This document shows, piece by piece, positions 1-7,528 of a DNA stretch of 14,051 bases (its first letter is position 1; each line of letters begins with the position of its first letter). The position numbers and the translations under genes are program-made. Source of the DNA: an uncultured bacterium (GTDB lineage: Bacteria > Lernaellota > Lernaellaia > Lernaellales > Lernaellaceae); NCBI GenBank assembly GCA_964534375.1, contig CAZHPN010000161.1:1-14051 (forward strand), given 5' to 3'. Under the pieces are notes generated by a model. That model saw only the letters and a list, made by a program, of their open reading frames with translations. It did no database searches and was not told the DNA's origin.

Positions 1-1020
1 AGCCTCAACCCGTTCAATTTCCCGGCGATGATTCCGTTCTGGTCGCTGCCCTACGCGGTCGCCTGCGGCAATTGCCAGATCGTCAAGCCCAGCCCCCGCG
101 TGCCGCTGACGCAGGCGAAAATCTTCGAGTTGATTCACCGCGCCGGCTTCCCCCGCGGCGTGCTCAATCTTGTCCACGGCGCCACGCAAACCGCCCACGC
201 GCTGATGGCCGACGACCGCCTGTGCGGCATCAGCTTCGTCGGTTCGACGCCGGTGGGGCGTATCGTTTACGAAACGTCGGCGCGCTACGGCAAACGCGTG
301 CAGGTGCAGGCCGGCGCCAAGAACTGGGGCATCGTCATGCCCGACGCCAACCTGGAAAAGAGCGTCGAGAACATCATCGCCTCGGCCTACGATTGCACGG
401 GCCAGCGCTGCCTCGCCCTCGCCGGCATCTTGTGCGTCGGCGACACCTACGAGCGCGTCAAACCGCTGCTGAAACAGGGCGTCGCCGCCCGCAAAATCGG
501 CAACGGGCTCGACGCCGGCGTGGCGATGGGGCCGATCATTTCGCCCGAGGCGCGCGCGCGGGTCGAGAACTACGTCGAGATCGGGCTGAAAGAAGGCGCG
601 AAGCTGCTTGTCGACGGCCGCGGCGCAAAGGTGGCCGAATATCCCAACGGGAATTGGGTCGGCCATCACGTTTTCGAAAACGTCACGCCGGAGATGACCA
701 TCGCCAAAGAGGAAATCTTCGGCCCGGTGCTGGCGATGATTCCCGTCGCGTCGTTTGACGAGGCGCTGGCGATCATCCACGCCAGCCCCTACGGCAATGC
801 AGCGAATCTTTACACCTCGAGCGGCGCGACCGTGCGGCGCTTCAAGTACGAGGCGCGCTGCGGCAACCTCGGCATCAACATCGGCGTGCCCGCGCCCATG
901 GCGATGTTCCATTTCGCCGGCGCCAAACAATCGTTCTTCGGCGACCTGCACGCGCAGGGCCGCGACGCCTTCAAGTTTTTCACCGAGGAGACGATCGTCA
1001 TCGAGCGCTGGTTCGAGTAA
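1..1020 (+). CDS. mmsA: CoA-acylating methylmalonate/malonate-semialdehyde dehydrogenase (ALDH family), 5'-truncated by the window edge
   Basis: Frame is open from base 1 (SLNPFNFPAMIPFW, matching the MMSDH PFNFPAMIP motif). Also ISFVGST nucleotide-binding motif, KRVQ..GAKN, catalytic Cys region GQRCLA, EEIFGPV and SFFGDLHAQGRDAFKFFT C-terminus. Confidence 0.88.
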   Translation, partial: SLNPFNFPAMIPFWSLPYAVACGNCQIVKPSPRVPLTQAKIFELIHRAGFPRGVLNLVHGATQTAHALMADDRLCGISFVGSTPVGRIVYETSARYGKRVQVQAGAKNWGIVMPDANLEKSVENIIASAYDCTGQRCLALAGILCVGDTYERVKPLLKQGVAARKIGNGLDAGVAMGPIISPEARARVENYVEIGLKEGAKLLVDGRGAKVAEYPNGNWVGHHVFENVTPEMTIAKEEIFGPVLAMIPVASFDEALAIIHASPYGNAANLYTSSGATVRRFKYEARCGNLGINIGVPAPMAMFHFAGAKQSFFGDLHAQGRDAFKFFTEETIVIERWFE

Positions 1021-1081
1021 GGCCGAACGAAAATCGAAAGATTCGAATGGCGGCGCGGAACCGCGCGATCGACTTGTTTGC

Positions 1082-1110
1082 TTGACGGCGCGGCGCGCGA
1101 AGCTTAACCT
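1082..1110 (+). promoter_or_regulatory. Putative sigma70-type promoter for the DUF4410-like gene
   Basis: TTGACG (1082-1087), 17-nt spacer, TAACCT (1105-1110) in the intergenic region about 70 nt before the ATG at 1183. Confidence 0.45.
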
Positions 1111-1182
1111 CGGACAATCATCAACCGCCTATCCTGAGCGATCGACCGGATCTTGGGACGGGCTCGCCGCGGGAGAATCACA

Positions 1183-1767
1183 ATGCGGACAAAAGCCCTT
1201 TTCACAGCGTTCGTTTGCCTGTTCGCCTGCTCGCTTTTCATCCTGACCGCCGAGGCCAAAGACAAAACGCCGACAGCGGTGGAGGTCGCCGAGAAGCCGC
1301 CCGTCGAAATCAAGGCCGACGCGCTCAAGTACGGCACGATTCTGTTCAAGGATTTCACCTGCAAGCCGGAATTCAAGGAGCACGTCGACGACGCCTTGAT
1401 TCAAACGCAAGCGGCCGCCATCGCGCGTTTGAAGGAAATGAAGGGCTTCGCCGCCGTCGGAACATACACGGCGGGCGTGCCGGCGCCGGCCAACCCTGCC
1501 CTCTACGTTGACGCCCTGCTCATTGACCACCGCATCATCGGCGGCGCGGCGCGCATGTGGGGCGGCGCCATGGCCGGCTCTTCGCATCTCACCTACACCG
1601 TCACGCTGACCGACGCGCAGACCGGCAAAGTCGTCGCCACCGGCGACGTGACCACCGGCAACAACGCCATGGCGGCCGCGTGGAGCGGCGGCGGCAGCGA
1701 CCGCGATCTGGCCGCGTTCCTCGGCAAAATGATCGCCGACTGGGTCGCGGAAAAAGCGAAGAAATAG
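1183..1767 (+). CDS. Secreted DUF4410-like protein (194 aa)
   Basis: GGGAGA ribosome-binding site before ATG 1183. Signal peptide MRTKALFTAFVCLFACSLFILTAEA. RIIGGAARMWGGAMAGSSHLTYTVTLTDAQTGKVVA resembles the DUF4410 core (recognition, not a search). Confidence 0.65.
   Translation: MRTKALFTAFVCLFACSLFILTAEAKDKTPTAVEVAEKPPVEIKADALKYGTILFKDFTCKPEFKEHVDDALIQTQAAAIARLKEMKGFAAVGTYTAGVPAPANPALYVDALLIDHRIIGGAARMWGGAMAGSSHLTYTVTLTDAQTGKVVATGDVTTGNNAMAAAWSGGGSDRDLAAFLGKMIADWVAEKAKK
1667..1722 (+). repeat. 56-bp direct repeat, copy 1 (inside the 3' part of the DUF4410-like gene)
   Basis: ccatggcggccgcgtggagcggcggcggcagcgaccgcgatctggccgcgttcctc matches 6756-6811 at 54/56 positions. Confidence 0.95.
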
Positions 1768-1860
1768 CCGGCGTCGGACAATCGGCCGGCGGCGAAGGGC
1801 GCGCGCAGAGCCGCGACGCAATCAAGTTCTTCGCCAAAAAAACGCAAGAAATGCTTTTGC

Positions 1861-1889
1861 TTGACGACGGGAGATCGCCAGCGTAGCGT
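1861..1889 (+). promoter_or_regulatory. Putative sigma70-type promoter for the repeat lipoprotein gene
   Basis: TTGACG (1861-1866), 17-nt spacer, TAGCGT (1884-1889), with A/T-rich sequence upstream. GGAGG lies just before ATG 1959. Confidence 0.4.
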
Positions 1890-1958
1890 AACATCAATAA
1901 GCGTCTTTCCTAAATTGCCGTCGGAGTTGGGAAGACGTTCGCGGATGGAGGAATCGCC

Positions 1959-4091
1959 ATGAAACGCCCGTACGGCTTCGTCATCGTTGAGAAAGCGGGC
2001 ATTCAGACCTGGATCACTTTCCTTTTGCTGCTGGCCGCCGTGTTTGCGTGCGCCTTTGCCAGCGGCTGTTCCGCGAGCAGCAGCGGCGGTCACGCTCCGA
2101 GCGTAACGGACGACGATGCGGCGCCCGACGACGATGACGACAACGACGACGTATCGCCCGCCGATGACGACGACGACGATAACAACGACGCCTCGCCTGA
2201 CGATGACGACAACGACGACGTATCGCCCGCCGATGACGACAACGACGATGACAACGACGCCTCGCCGGACGATGACGACGACAACACCCCCGTTGTTTAC
2301 GACTGGACCTGGTCGCATCCATGGCCGCAGGGCAACAACCTGGGCGGGGTGTGGGGCGACTCCGCGACGGACGTTTTTGCCGTTGGCGGCTACGGCGCGA
2401 TTGTGCATTACGACGGCGCCAGTTGGTCGTCGATGCGCTCGCCGACGACCGTGGACCTGTACGCCGTTTCGGGGCGATCCGCGGCGGACGTCTTTGTCGT
2501 CGGCGACGCGGGCACGATTCTGCACTACGACGGCTCGTCATGGTCGGCGATGGCCAGCGGCAGCTCTGCCGATCTGGTCGCGGTGTGGGCCGGCGCCGCG
2601 CCGGACGCCTATGCGGCCGGCGCCGGGGGCGCGGTGCTGCACTACGACGGCTCGTCGTGGACGACGCTGATCGCGAATTTGGACGACAACCTAACCGGCA
2701 TTTGGGCGAGTTCGCCGAGCGATATCCACGTTTCGGTCGGTTATTACTTCGACGGCAACACCACGACCATCATCGGCAAGCTGTATCACTTCGACGGCGC
2801 CTCGTGGTCCAAACTCCTCGACAGCCAGAGCCTCGATTTCAACGGCGTGTGGGGCTCGTCGGCGTCGGACGTCTACGCCGCCGCCGGTCCCTATTGGGCG
2901 GTGGTCTATCACTACGACGGCAGCGCCTGGGCGCAAGAAACGGTTCCCGACGGCTGGGCGATAAATCTTCAGGGCGTGTCCGGGACCTCGGCCTCGAACG
3001 TGCTCGCCTACGATGGCGGCGGCTTGTTCTTGCATTTCGACGGCACGGAGTGGACGACGCCTCAATCTCAGGGCTATATCCAAGTGACCGCCGCAACTAT
3101 CGTTTCGCCGACGACAGCGTTCGCTGTCGGTCCAGGCGGCACGATCTTCCGCGTTGACGGCTGGGATGCGCCGTTTTCGACCTCCATGGTCGGCGTCACC
3201 AACGAAACGATGATGGGCGTTTGGGGCGCCGCGGCGGACGACGTGTTCGCGGTGGCCGGCGATCCCTACAATTACGGCGTGATGCTGCATTTCGACGGCT
3301 CGGCGTGGACCGAGACGATGACCATCGATGACTACTTTTCGGGCATCGCGGGGGTTGTCGCCGGCCAAGGCGTGGCGATCACGAACTACGCGAGCCCGAT
3401 GGGCGACGAGGAAACCGTGAACTGCGGCGCGTACATCTACGATGGTTCCCAGTGGACCGCCGCCTCCGGCGGGCTCGGGGGATTCTGCTCGCTCGCCGGC
3501 GTCGGGGCCGCCGGGTCCACGGTGGCGTTCGTCGGCGAACTCTATGCGCAGGAATTCTACTACATCGCGCCCGTCGCCAGCTTCATTGAAGATGCGGCCG
3601 GGCAGGACTGGACGCCAATGCCGATCGCCACGTTCTCCGACGTTTGGGGATCATCGCTGAGCGATCTGTTTGTGGTGGGCCCCGCCGGGTTCCTCATGCA
3701 CTTCGACGGCGTCGCGCGGAAGTTGATGTACAGTGGGACATCGAACGATCTGTACGGCGTGCACGGAACCGCCGGCGACGATGTGTTTGCGGCCGGCGCC
3801 AGCGGAACGATCGTGCATTACAACGGCTCAGCCTGGTCGCCGATGGCCAGCGGTGTGACGACCGACCTTTACTCCGTTTACGCTCTTGCGCCCGACGACG
3901 TTTTCGCCGCCGGCGTATCCGCGACGGTCTTGCACTACGACGGCTCGGCTTGGACGCCGATGACCACGCCGGTCAGCCGCTCGTCCGCGTTCTCGGCCGT
4001 CTGGGCGCTCTCGCCCAACGACGCCTACCTCACCGGCTCGTGGGGCGCGATTCTGCATTACGCCGGGCCGCGCGTCGCCGATCATCATTAA
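1959..4091 (+). CDS. Putative lipoprotein with Asp-rich linker and beta-propeller-like (H[YF]DGxxW / WGS) repeats (710 aa)
   Basis: Hydrophobic stretch ending in lipobox-like FASGC. Asp-rich repeats follow, then about 13 units of roughly 40 aa of the type L.GVWGSS.SDVFAVG..GTILHYDGSSW. GGAGG ribosome-binding site. Confidence 0.8.
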   Translation: MKRPYGFVIVEKAGIQTWITFLLLLAAVFACAFASGCSASSSGGHAPSVTDDDAAPDDDDDNDDVSPADDDDDDNNDASPDDDDNDDVSPADDDNDDDNDASPDDDDDNTPVVYDWTWSHPWPQGNNLGGVWGDSATDVFAVGGYGAIVHYDGASWSSMRSPTTVDLYAVSGRSAADVFVVGDAGTILHYDGSSWSAMASGSSADLVAVWAGAAPDAYAAGAGGAVLHYDGSSWTTLIANLDDNLTGIWASSPSDIHVSVGYYFDGNTTTIIGKLYHFDGASWSKLLDSQSLDFNGVWGSSASDVYAAAGPYWAVVYHYDGSAWAQETVPDGWAINLQGVSGTSASNVLAYDGGGLFLHFDGTEWTTPQSQGYIQVTAATIVSPTTAFAVGPGGTIFRVDGWDAPFSTSMVGVTNETMMGVWGAAADDVFAVAGDPYNYGVMLHFDGSAWTETMTIDDYFSGIAGVVAGQGVAITNYASPMGDEETVNCGAYIYDGSQWTAASGGLGGFCSLAGVGAAGSTVAFVGELYAQEFYYIAPVASFIEDAAGQDWTPMPIATFSDVWGSSLSDLFVVGPAGFLMHFDGVARKLMYSGTSNDLYGVHGTAGDDVFAAGASGTIVHYNGSAWSPMASGVTTDLYSVYALAPDDVFAAGVSATVLHYDGSAWTPMTTPVSRSSAFSAVWALSPNDAYLTGSWGAILHYAGPRVADHH
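2109..2285 (+). repeat. Asp-rich coding tandem repeat containing a 69-bp duplication (2130-2198 / 2199-2267)
   Basis: Units encode DDDDNDDVSPADDDDDDNNDASP and DDDDNDDVSPADDDNDDDNDASP, with 3 mismatches in 69 bp. Confidence 0.9.
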
Positions 4092-4205
4092 CAATGGGGG
4101 CGAACTCCGCGCCCGCCCAGTATTGTCCGGCCGATCAATTGGCGCAGGCACGCACGGGGCCTTCCCTTCAAACGCTAACCCAACGTTTTTGAGCAGCGAA
4201 AACTC

Positions 4206-4285
4206 AAATGTGGAATGTTGAATGGAGAAACTCGGGCGCTTCCCCAGGCTACATTCGCCATTCGCCATTCGCCATTCGCCATTCT
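4206..4285. repeat. Inverted pair of heptamer arrays between convergent genes
   Basis: Degenerate aatgtgg-aatgttg-aatgg (4206-4225) faces (cattcgc)x4+cattct (4252-4285); gaatg and cattc are complementary. Confidence 0.8.
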
Positions 4286-4295
4286 GCGCCGGCGC

Positions 4296-4679
4296 CTACA
4301 ACCCGACCGCTTTCCGCAATTCGACTGGGAAATCCTCGATCTCGTAGATTTGGCGAATTTCGATCGTGTCGCCGTCGCTTGCCGGACACCGCATCGCCCA
4401 GTCGATCGCTTCCTGCCGCGATTTCACGTCGATTAACCAATAGCCGCCGACTTGCCGCGGTTCGGGAAACGGCCCGTTCGTCAACTTCGGCTTCCCGCCG
4501 GCGAACGACACTCGCGCGCCTTTCGACGTCGGCTGCAAGCCGTCGAGCGACAGCAGCACGCCCGCCTTTTTCATTTCGTCGTTGAATTTTCCCATCGCCT
4601 TGAAGGTCTCCGCATCGGCCTCTGACAGGGTTCCCGCTTCCGCCTTTGCGTTCGGGAACATGATCATCATGAATCGCAT
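4296..4679 (-). CDS. YciI-family (DGPF-domain) protein (127 aa)
   Basis: MRFMMI start, AMGKFNDEMKKAGVLLSLDGLQPTSKGARV, NGPF (DGPF variant), VGGYWLIDVKSRQEAIDWAMRCP, IEIRQIYE. GAGGAGG ribosome-binding site. Confidence 0.92.
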   Translation of the reverse strand: MRFMMIMFPNAKAEAGTLSEADAETFKAMGKFNDEMKKAGVLLSLDGLQPTSKGARVSFAGGKPKLTNGPFPEPRQVGGYWLIDVKSRQEAIDWAMRCPASDGDTIEIRQIYEIEDFPVELRKAVGL

Positions 4680-4836
4680 CGCAATGCCTCCTCTTCCAAT
4701 TCGGCTCTCCCGCGTCGTTGCGGGCGCCGCCGATCGAATATTTACCTAACAACGAGAGACCGAGCGGTCAATCGCGCGGCAGAACAGGACGCAGGATTTG
4801 GCGCCGTGGGCGACCGCCCCGGTTCCCGGCTCTCGC

Positions 4837-6630
4837 TCAACGGCCGCCGTGAAAGGAGCGACAACGTGCAAAAAACTCTTTTCCCGTCCGGTTGTCCGGC
4901 TCGTAACGCTGGAACATCGTGAACATCCGTACGGCCTGGTCATAATCGCCGCGGAAACAGACCGCCTGCGCTCGGAACAAATACCGCAGGTGGCCGAAAT
5001 AATGTCTCGTTTCGTAGACGTTGAGGAGGTCGCCGAATTTCGGACTGCCGTCCCAACCCGCCAGGAATTTCCGATCGCGATATACAGCCATTTCGTATTC
5101 GGGAGACAAACGCTGCTTTTCCAATAGGATAAAATCGTCCGGGGCCGTATTGACAACGCCGGCGCACTGCCGCACGGGCGGGTCAAAATCGTCGTTGGCC
5201 ATGTCGATGGTTCGGTCATTCGCCGCCCAGCGCCGCACTACGATCACAAACTGCGTGTCGCGCAACAACGCTCGCGTCGTGCCGACCGAATAGGGTATGA
5301 ATACCCCGCGTAAGAACACGAGTCGCGGATCGGCCAAATACAGGGCGATGTTCACTTTTGCCGCCGTTATCGGATAATTAGGCGAAATGAGTTCATACAC
5401 TCCGGGTCCTTCGTCCCGCTGCAGAGCCAGCACTTTGTCAACGACGATGCGCTCGAAACGATTGAGGCGCGAATCGCCGACCGACGCCGGCAATTGCGCT
5501 GCCGGCGACAGCCAGTGCGCGACGGGGCGGGCGATCGGCAGCCACGAAATCAGCGACGCGAAAACCGAGAATGCGGCCAACGCCCCGAAAACGCGCGGCG
5601 CCTCGCGGCGCAACGTGCTGAGGAAGGGCAGGCCCGCCAGAATCAGCAAGAGGACCGCGGGAAAGATGTACCAATCGCGCTTCGTCCCCAAAACCGAAAA
5701 AAACAGGAATCCACCCGCTGACCCCGCGACGGGAATCAGGCCATCGACAAAAGCGTTCTTCTCGCAACGGCGACGGGCTGACGCGATCACGGCAATGAGG
5801 AAAGGCAGCAGGTTGGCGCCGAACGCGAGCAGCGCCAGGTACGTCCACCACGGGCGCGGCCGCGACTGGGCCAACGTTCCGATGTCGCCCGCAAGTTCTT
5901 CGGCGACTTTGCGCCATTGGGGAAAGTACCACAAGGACGAGGTTAACAGGGCCGCGACCGCGAGCGTCAGCCGTCGAACGACGCGCAGCGTCGAGCCGCC
6001 ATCCGCGGAAAACGCCCGCCATATGAAGACAACCAGCATGGGGCCGATCATTGTCCAAGCGATCGCCTTGCTCAGCAGGCACAGCCCGATGGCCAAACCG
6101 GCAAGCGCGGCGCGCAGCGCCGTCGCGTGGAATCGCGTATCGACGAGCAGCCAACAAGCGCACGCGGTGGATGCGACCAATCCCATTTCCAGATTGAATG
6201 ACGTCGCCACGGTGAACCAGGTCGGTTGGCCGAGCAGGAGCAGCACGGCAAACACGGACAGCGCAGCGTCCCGTGTCAGCGCCCACGCACAGCGCTGAAC
6301 GAAAACGATCGCGCAAAGAGCGAAAAACAAGGTGGTGGAAAAAAAGGACCACGCGTGTACGCGCACGAGATTTGGCGCGGCCGCCACGAGATACGTCAGC
6401 GGCGGGTAGCGAATCGGCAAGGTTTCGAGGAAGGACAATGCTTCTGCCGGTTGATTGCGCAGGACGCTCACCAACGCCAATGCATAGCCGACGTGCCCTT
6501 CGCTGTCGTGGCCCCACGGAATGTCGGCTCGCGCGTAAAAGACAACGTTCAAAGCCAGGATCGCCGCGACGGGCAACCACAATACGTTTGGCAGTTTTGC
6601 CGACCCTGGCGTCTTGTCGTGCGCTTTCAT
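4837..6630 (-). CDS. GT-C fold membrane glycosyltransferase (ArnT/PMT, GT39/GT83-like) with C-terminal soluble domain ending in a TPR-like motif (597 aa)
   Basis: First TM segment followed by WGHDSEGH, then RYPPLTYL, many hydrophobic helices, GLAIGLCLLSK and KRDWYIFP. C-terminal YLFRAQAVCFRGDYDQAVRMFTMFQRYEPDN is TPR-like. Start placed at ATG 6630 (AGAGG upstream); the ORF-track extension to 6813 runs through duplicated fragments. Confidence 0.7.
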   Translation of the reverse strand: MKAHDKTPGSAKLPNVLWLPVAAILALNVVFYARADIPWGHDSEGHVGYALALVSVLRNQPAEALSFLETLPIRYPPLTYLVAAAPNLVRVHAWSFFSTTLFFALCAIVFVQRCAWALTRDAALSVFAVLLLLGQPTWFTVATSFNLEMGLVASTACACWLLVDTRFHATALRAALAGLAIGLCLLSKAIAWTMIGPMLVVFIWRAFSADGGSTLRVVRRLTLAVAALLTSSLWYFPQWRKVAEELAGDIGTLAQSRPRPWWTYLALLAFGANLLPFLIAVIASARRRCEKNAFVDGLIPVAGSAGGFLFFSVLGTKRDWYIFPAVLLLILAGLPFLSTLRREAPRVFGALAAFSVFASLISWLPIARPVAHWLSPAAQLPASVGDSRLNRFERIVVDKVLALQRDEGPGVYELISPNYPITAAKVNIALYLADPRLVFLRGVFIPYSVGTTRALLRDTQFVIVVRRWAANDRTIDMANDDFDPPVRQCAGVVNTAPDDFILLEKQRLSPEYEMAVYRDRKFLAGWDGSPKFGDLLNVYETRHYFGHLRYLFRAQAVCFRGDYDQAVRMFTMFQRYEPDNRTGKEFFARCRSFHGGR

Positions 6631-6676
6631 TTTCCTCTGATGTAGAATCAAATTTTCTTTCTCGCAAGCCGGAGGC

Positions 6677-6722
6677 AAATTCCCGATTTCGAAGACGTGG
6701 CGAATTTCGACCGCCTCGCCGT
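6677..6722 (-). pseudogene. Remnant of the 3' end of a yciI-like gene
   Basis: 37/46 nt identical to 4330-4375. The surrounding frame reads VPARNGEAVEIRHVFEIGNLPP versus YciI CPASDGDTIEIRQIYEIEDFPV. Confidence 0.75.
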
Positions 6723-6755
6723 TTCGCGCTGGAACTTGGCGGCGGATTTGGCGGC

Positions 6756-6811
6756 CCATGGCCGCCGCGTGGAGCGGCGGCGGCAGCGACCGCGATCCGG
6801 CCGCGTTCCTC
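6756..6811 (+). repeat. 56-bp direct repeat, copy 2 (orphan fragment of the DUF4410-like gene)
   Basis: 54/56 identical to 1667-1722; encodes MAAAWSGGGSDRDPAAFL and ends next to the inverted-repeat element. Confidence 0.95.
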
Positions 6812-6812
6812 A

Positions 6813-7230
6813 TCTGTAAGAGGGCCTTTCCAGGTTCGATTCACGCGCCGCAGGCGCGGCATCGCGCCCCGGACCCCGGACCCCGGCGGTTCATGTTGCG
6901 CCCAACGCCAACACGGCGCCGCCCCTGCAACGTCGCCCCCGGCCCGATCGGCGGTCCAGGATCATCGCTCGCGCCCAACGTCACGACGGCCCCGCTCCAG
7001 CGTCATCCTTGACCCCGATCAGGGATCCAGGAAAAGCGTGCCGCCCTCCCCAGCCACCGGTTTTTCGTCGACATCGCTAACGGCGGCAATCGGCACGACG
7101 GCGCCGCGCCGCAGACGCGCGAGAGAATCGGCCGGCCTGGCGACCCCGCCAGCCCGCGGGGCAAAAAGCCGGCGCTCCCGGAACCGCGCCTCCGGCGCGT
7201 GAATCGCGCCCGGAAGGGCGCTCTTACAGA
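6813..7230. mobile_element. MITE-like non-coding element with 47-bp imperfect terminal inverted repeats
   Basis: Left tctgtaagagggcctttccaggttcgattcacgcgccgcaggcgcgg (6813-6859) versus the reverse complement of 7184-7230, tctgtaagagcgcccttccgggcgcgattcacgcgccggaggcgcgg: 41/47 identical. No transposase ORF and no clear target-site duplication. Confidence 0.55.
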
Positions 7231-7308
7231 CGTTGACGCCGCCGCGCGCGAGTCGAATCGGAAAAAGTCGCCCCAATATGGGCGCCAACGAGCAGACGAT
7301 TGCTGGCG

Positions 7309-7343
7309 CGGGTTCCGGGGTCCGGGGTCCGGGTTCCGGGGTA
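7309..7343. repeat. Heptamer array (cgggKtc)x5, with inverted partner (gaccccg) at 6866-6886
   Basis: cgggttc-cggggtc-cggggtc-cgggttc-cggggta read directly; reverse-complement units lie at 6866-6886. Confidence 0.85.
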
Positions 7344-7393
7344 ACAGACGGCGAACGCCGACACGGGGGATGCGGAAGTGGGCTGCTTGGAAA

Positions 7394-7464
7394 GAGATTT
7401 CTCGACTCGCGTCTCGGGTTCGCGGGCGAAGCGCCCTTGCCCCGGCCGCTCGCTCGAAATGACA
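7394..7464 (-). repeat. REP-like palindromic element (TGTCATTTCGAGCG...GTCGAGAAATCTC) with an expanded interior
   Basis: Minus strand reads tgtcatttcgagcgagcg...cgcgagtcgagaaatctc. A related GTCAT-headed hairpin, cgtcatccttgaccccgatcagggatccag, lies at 7001-7030 on the plus strand. Confidence 0.55.
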
Positions 7465-7478
7465 CGTCTTTTCATTAT

Positions 7479-7509
7479 AAAAAAAGGCGCGGCCTTTGCC
7501 GCGCCTTTT
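7479..7509 (-). terminator. Rho-independent terminator of rny (possibly bidirectional)
   Basis: aaaaggcgcggc-cttt-gccgcgcctttt hairpin; the minus strand gives a 7-nt U tract about 20 nt downstream of the rny stop codon. Confidence 0.85.
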
Positions 7510-7528
7510 CTTGGATCTTCGACCTTGC

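Noticed and set aside
2109..2285. CRISPR-like array
   Set aside because: The repeats are in-frame Asp codons inside a CDS, with no unique spacers and no cas genes.
4749..4777. ECF42-like promoter upstream of yciI (minus strand gcgcgatt-N15-cgttgt)
   Set aside because: Spacing is suggestive and DGPF genes are known ECF42 targets, but the -35 match to TGTCGA is only 3/6 and no ECF sigma gene is in the window.
4330..6811. Diversity-generating retroelement (template/variable repeat) explanation for the duplicated yciI and DUF4410 fragments
   Set aside because: Mismatches are not confined to adenines of one copy, the repeats are short, and no reverse transcriptase is present in the window.
6631..6813. 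61-aa N-terminal extension of the glycosyltransferase ORF
   Set aside because: It consists of the antisense DUF4410 fragment and the yciI remnant; ATG 6630, just before TM1, is the more plausible start.
5387..7202. Long alternative-frame ORFs (5387-6298, 5438-6862, 6273-7202)
   Set aside because: Arg/Ala/Pro-rich shadow frames overlapping the glycosyltransferase and the repeat zone, with no domain features.
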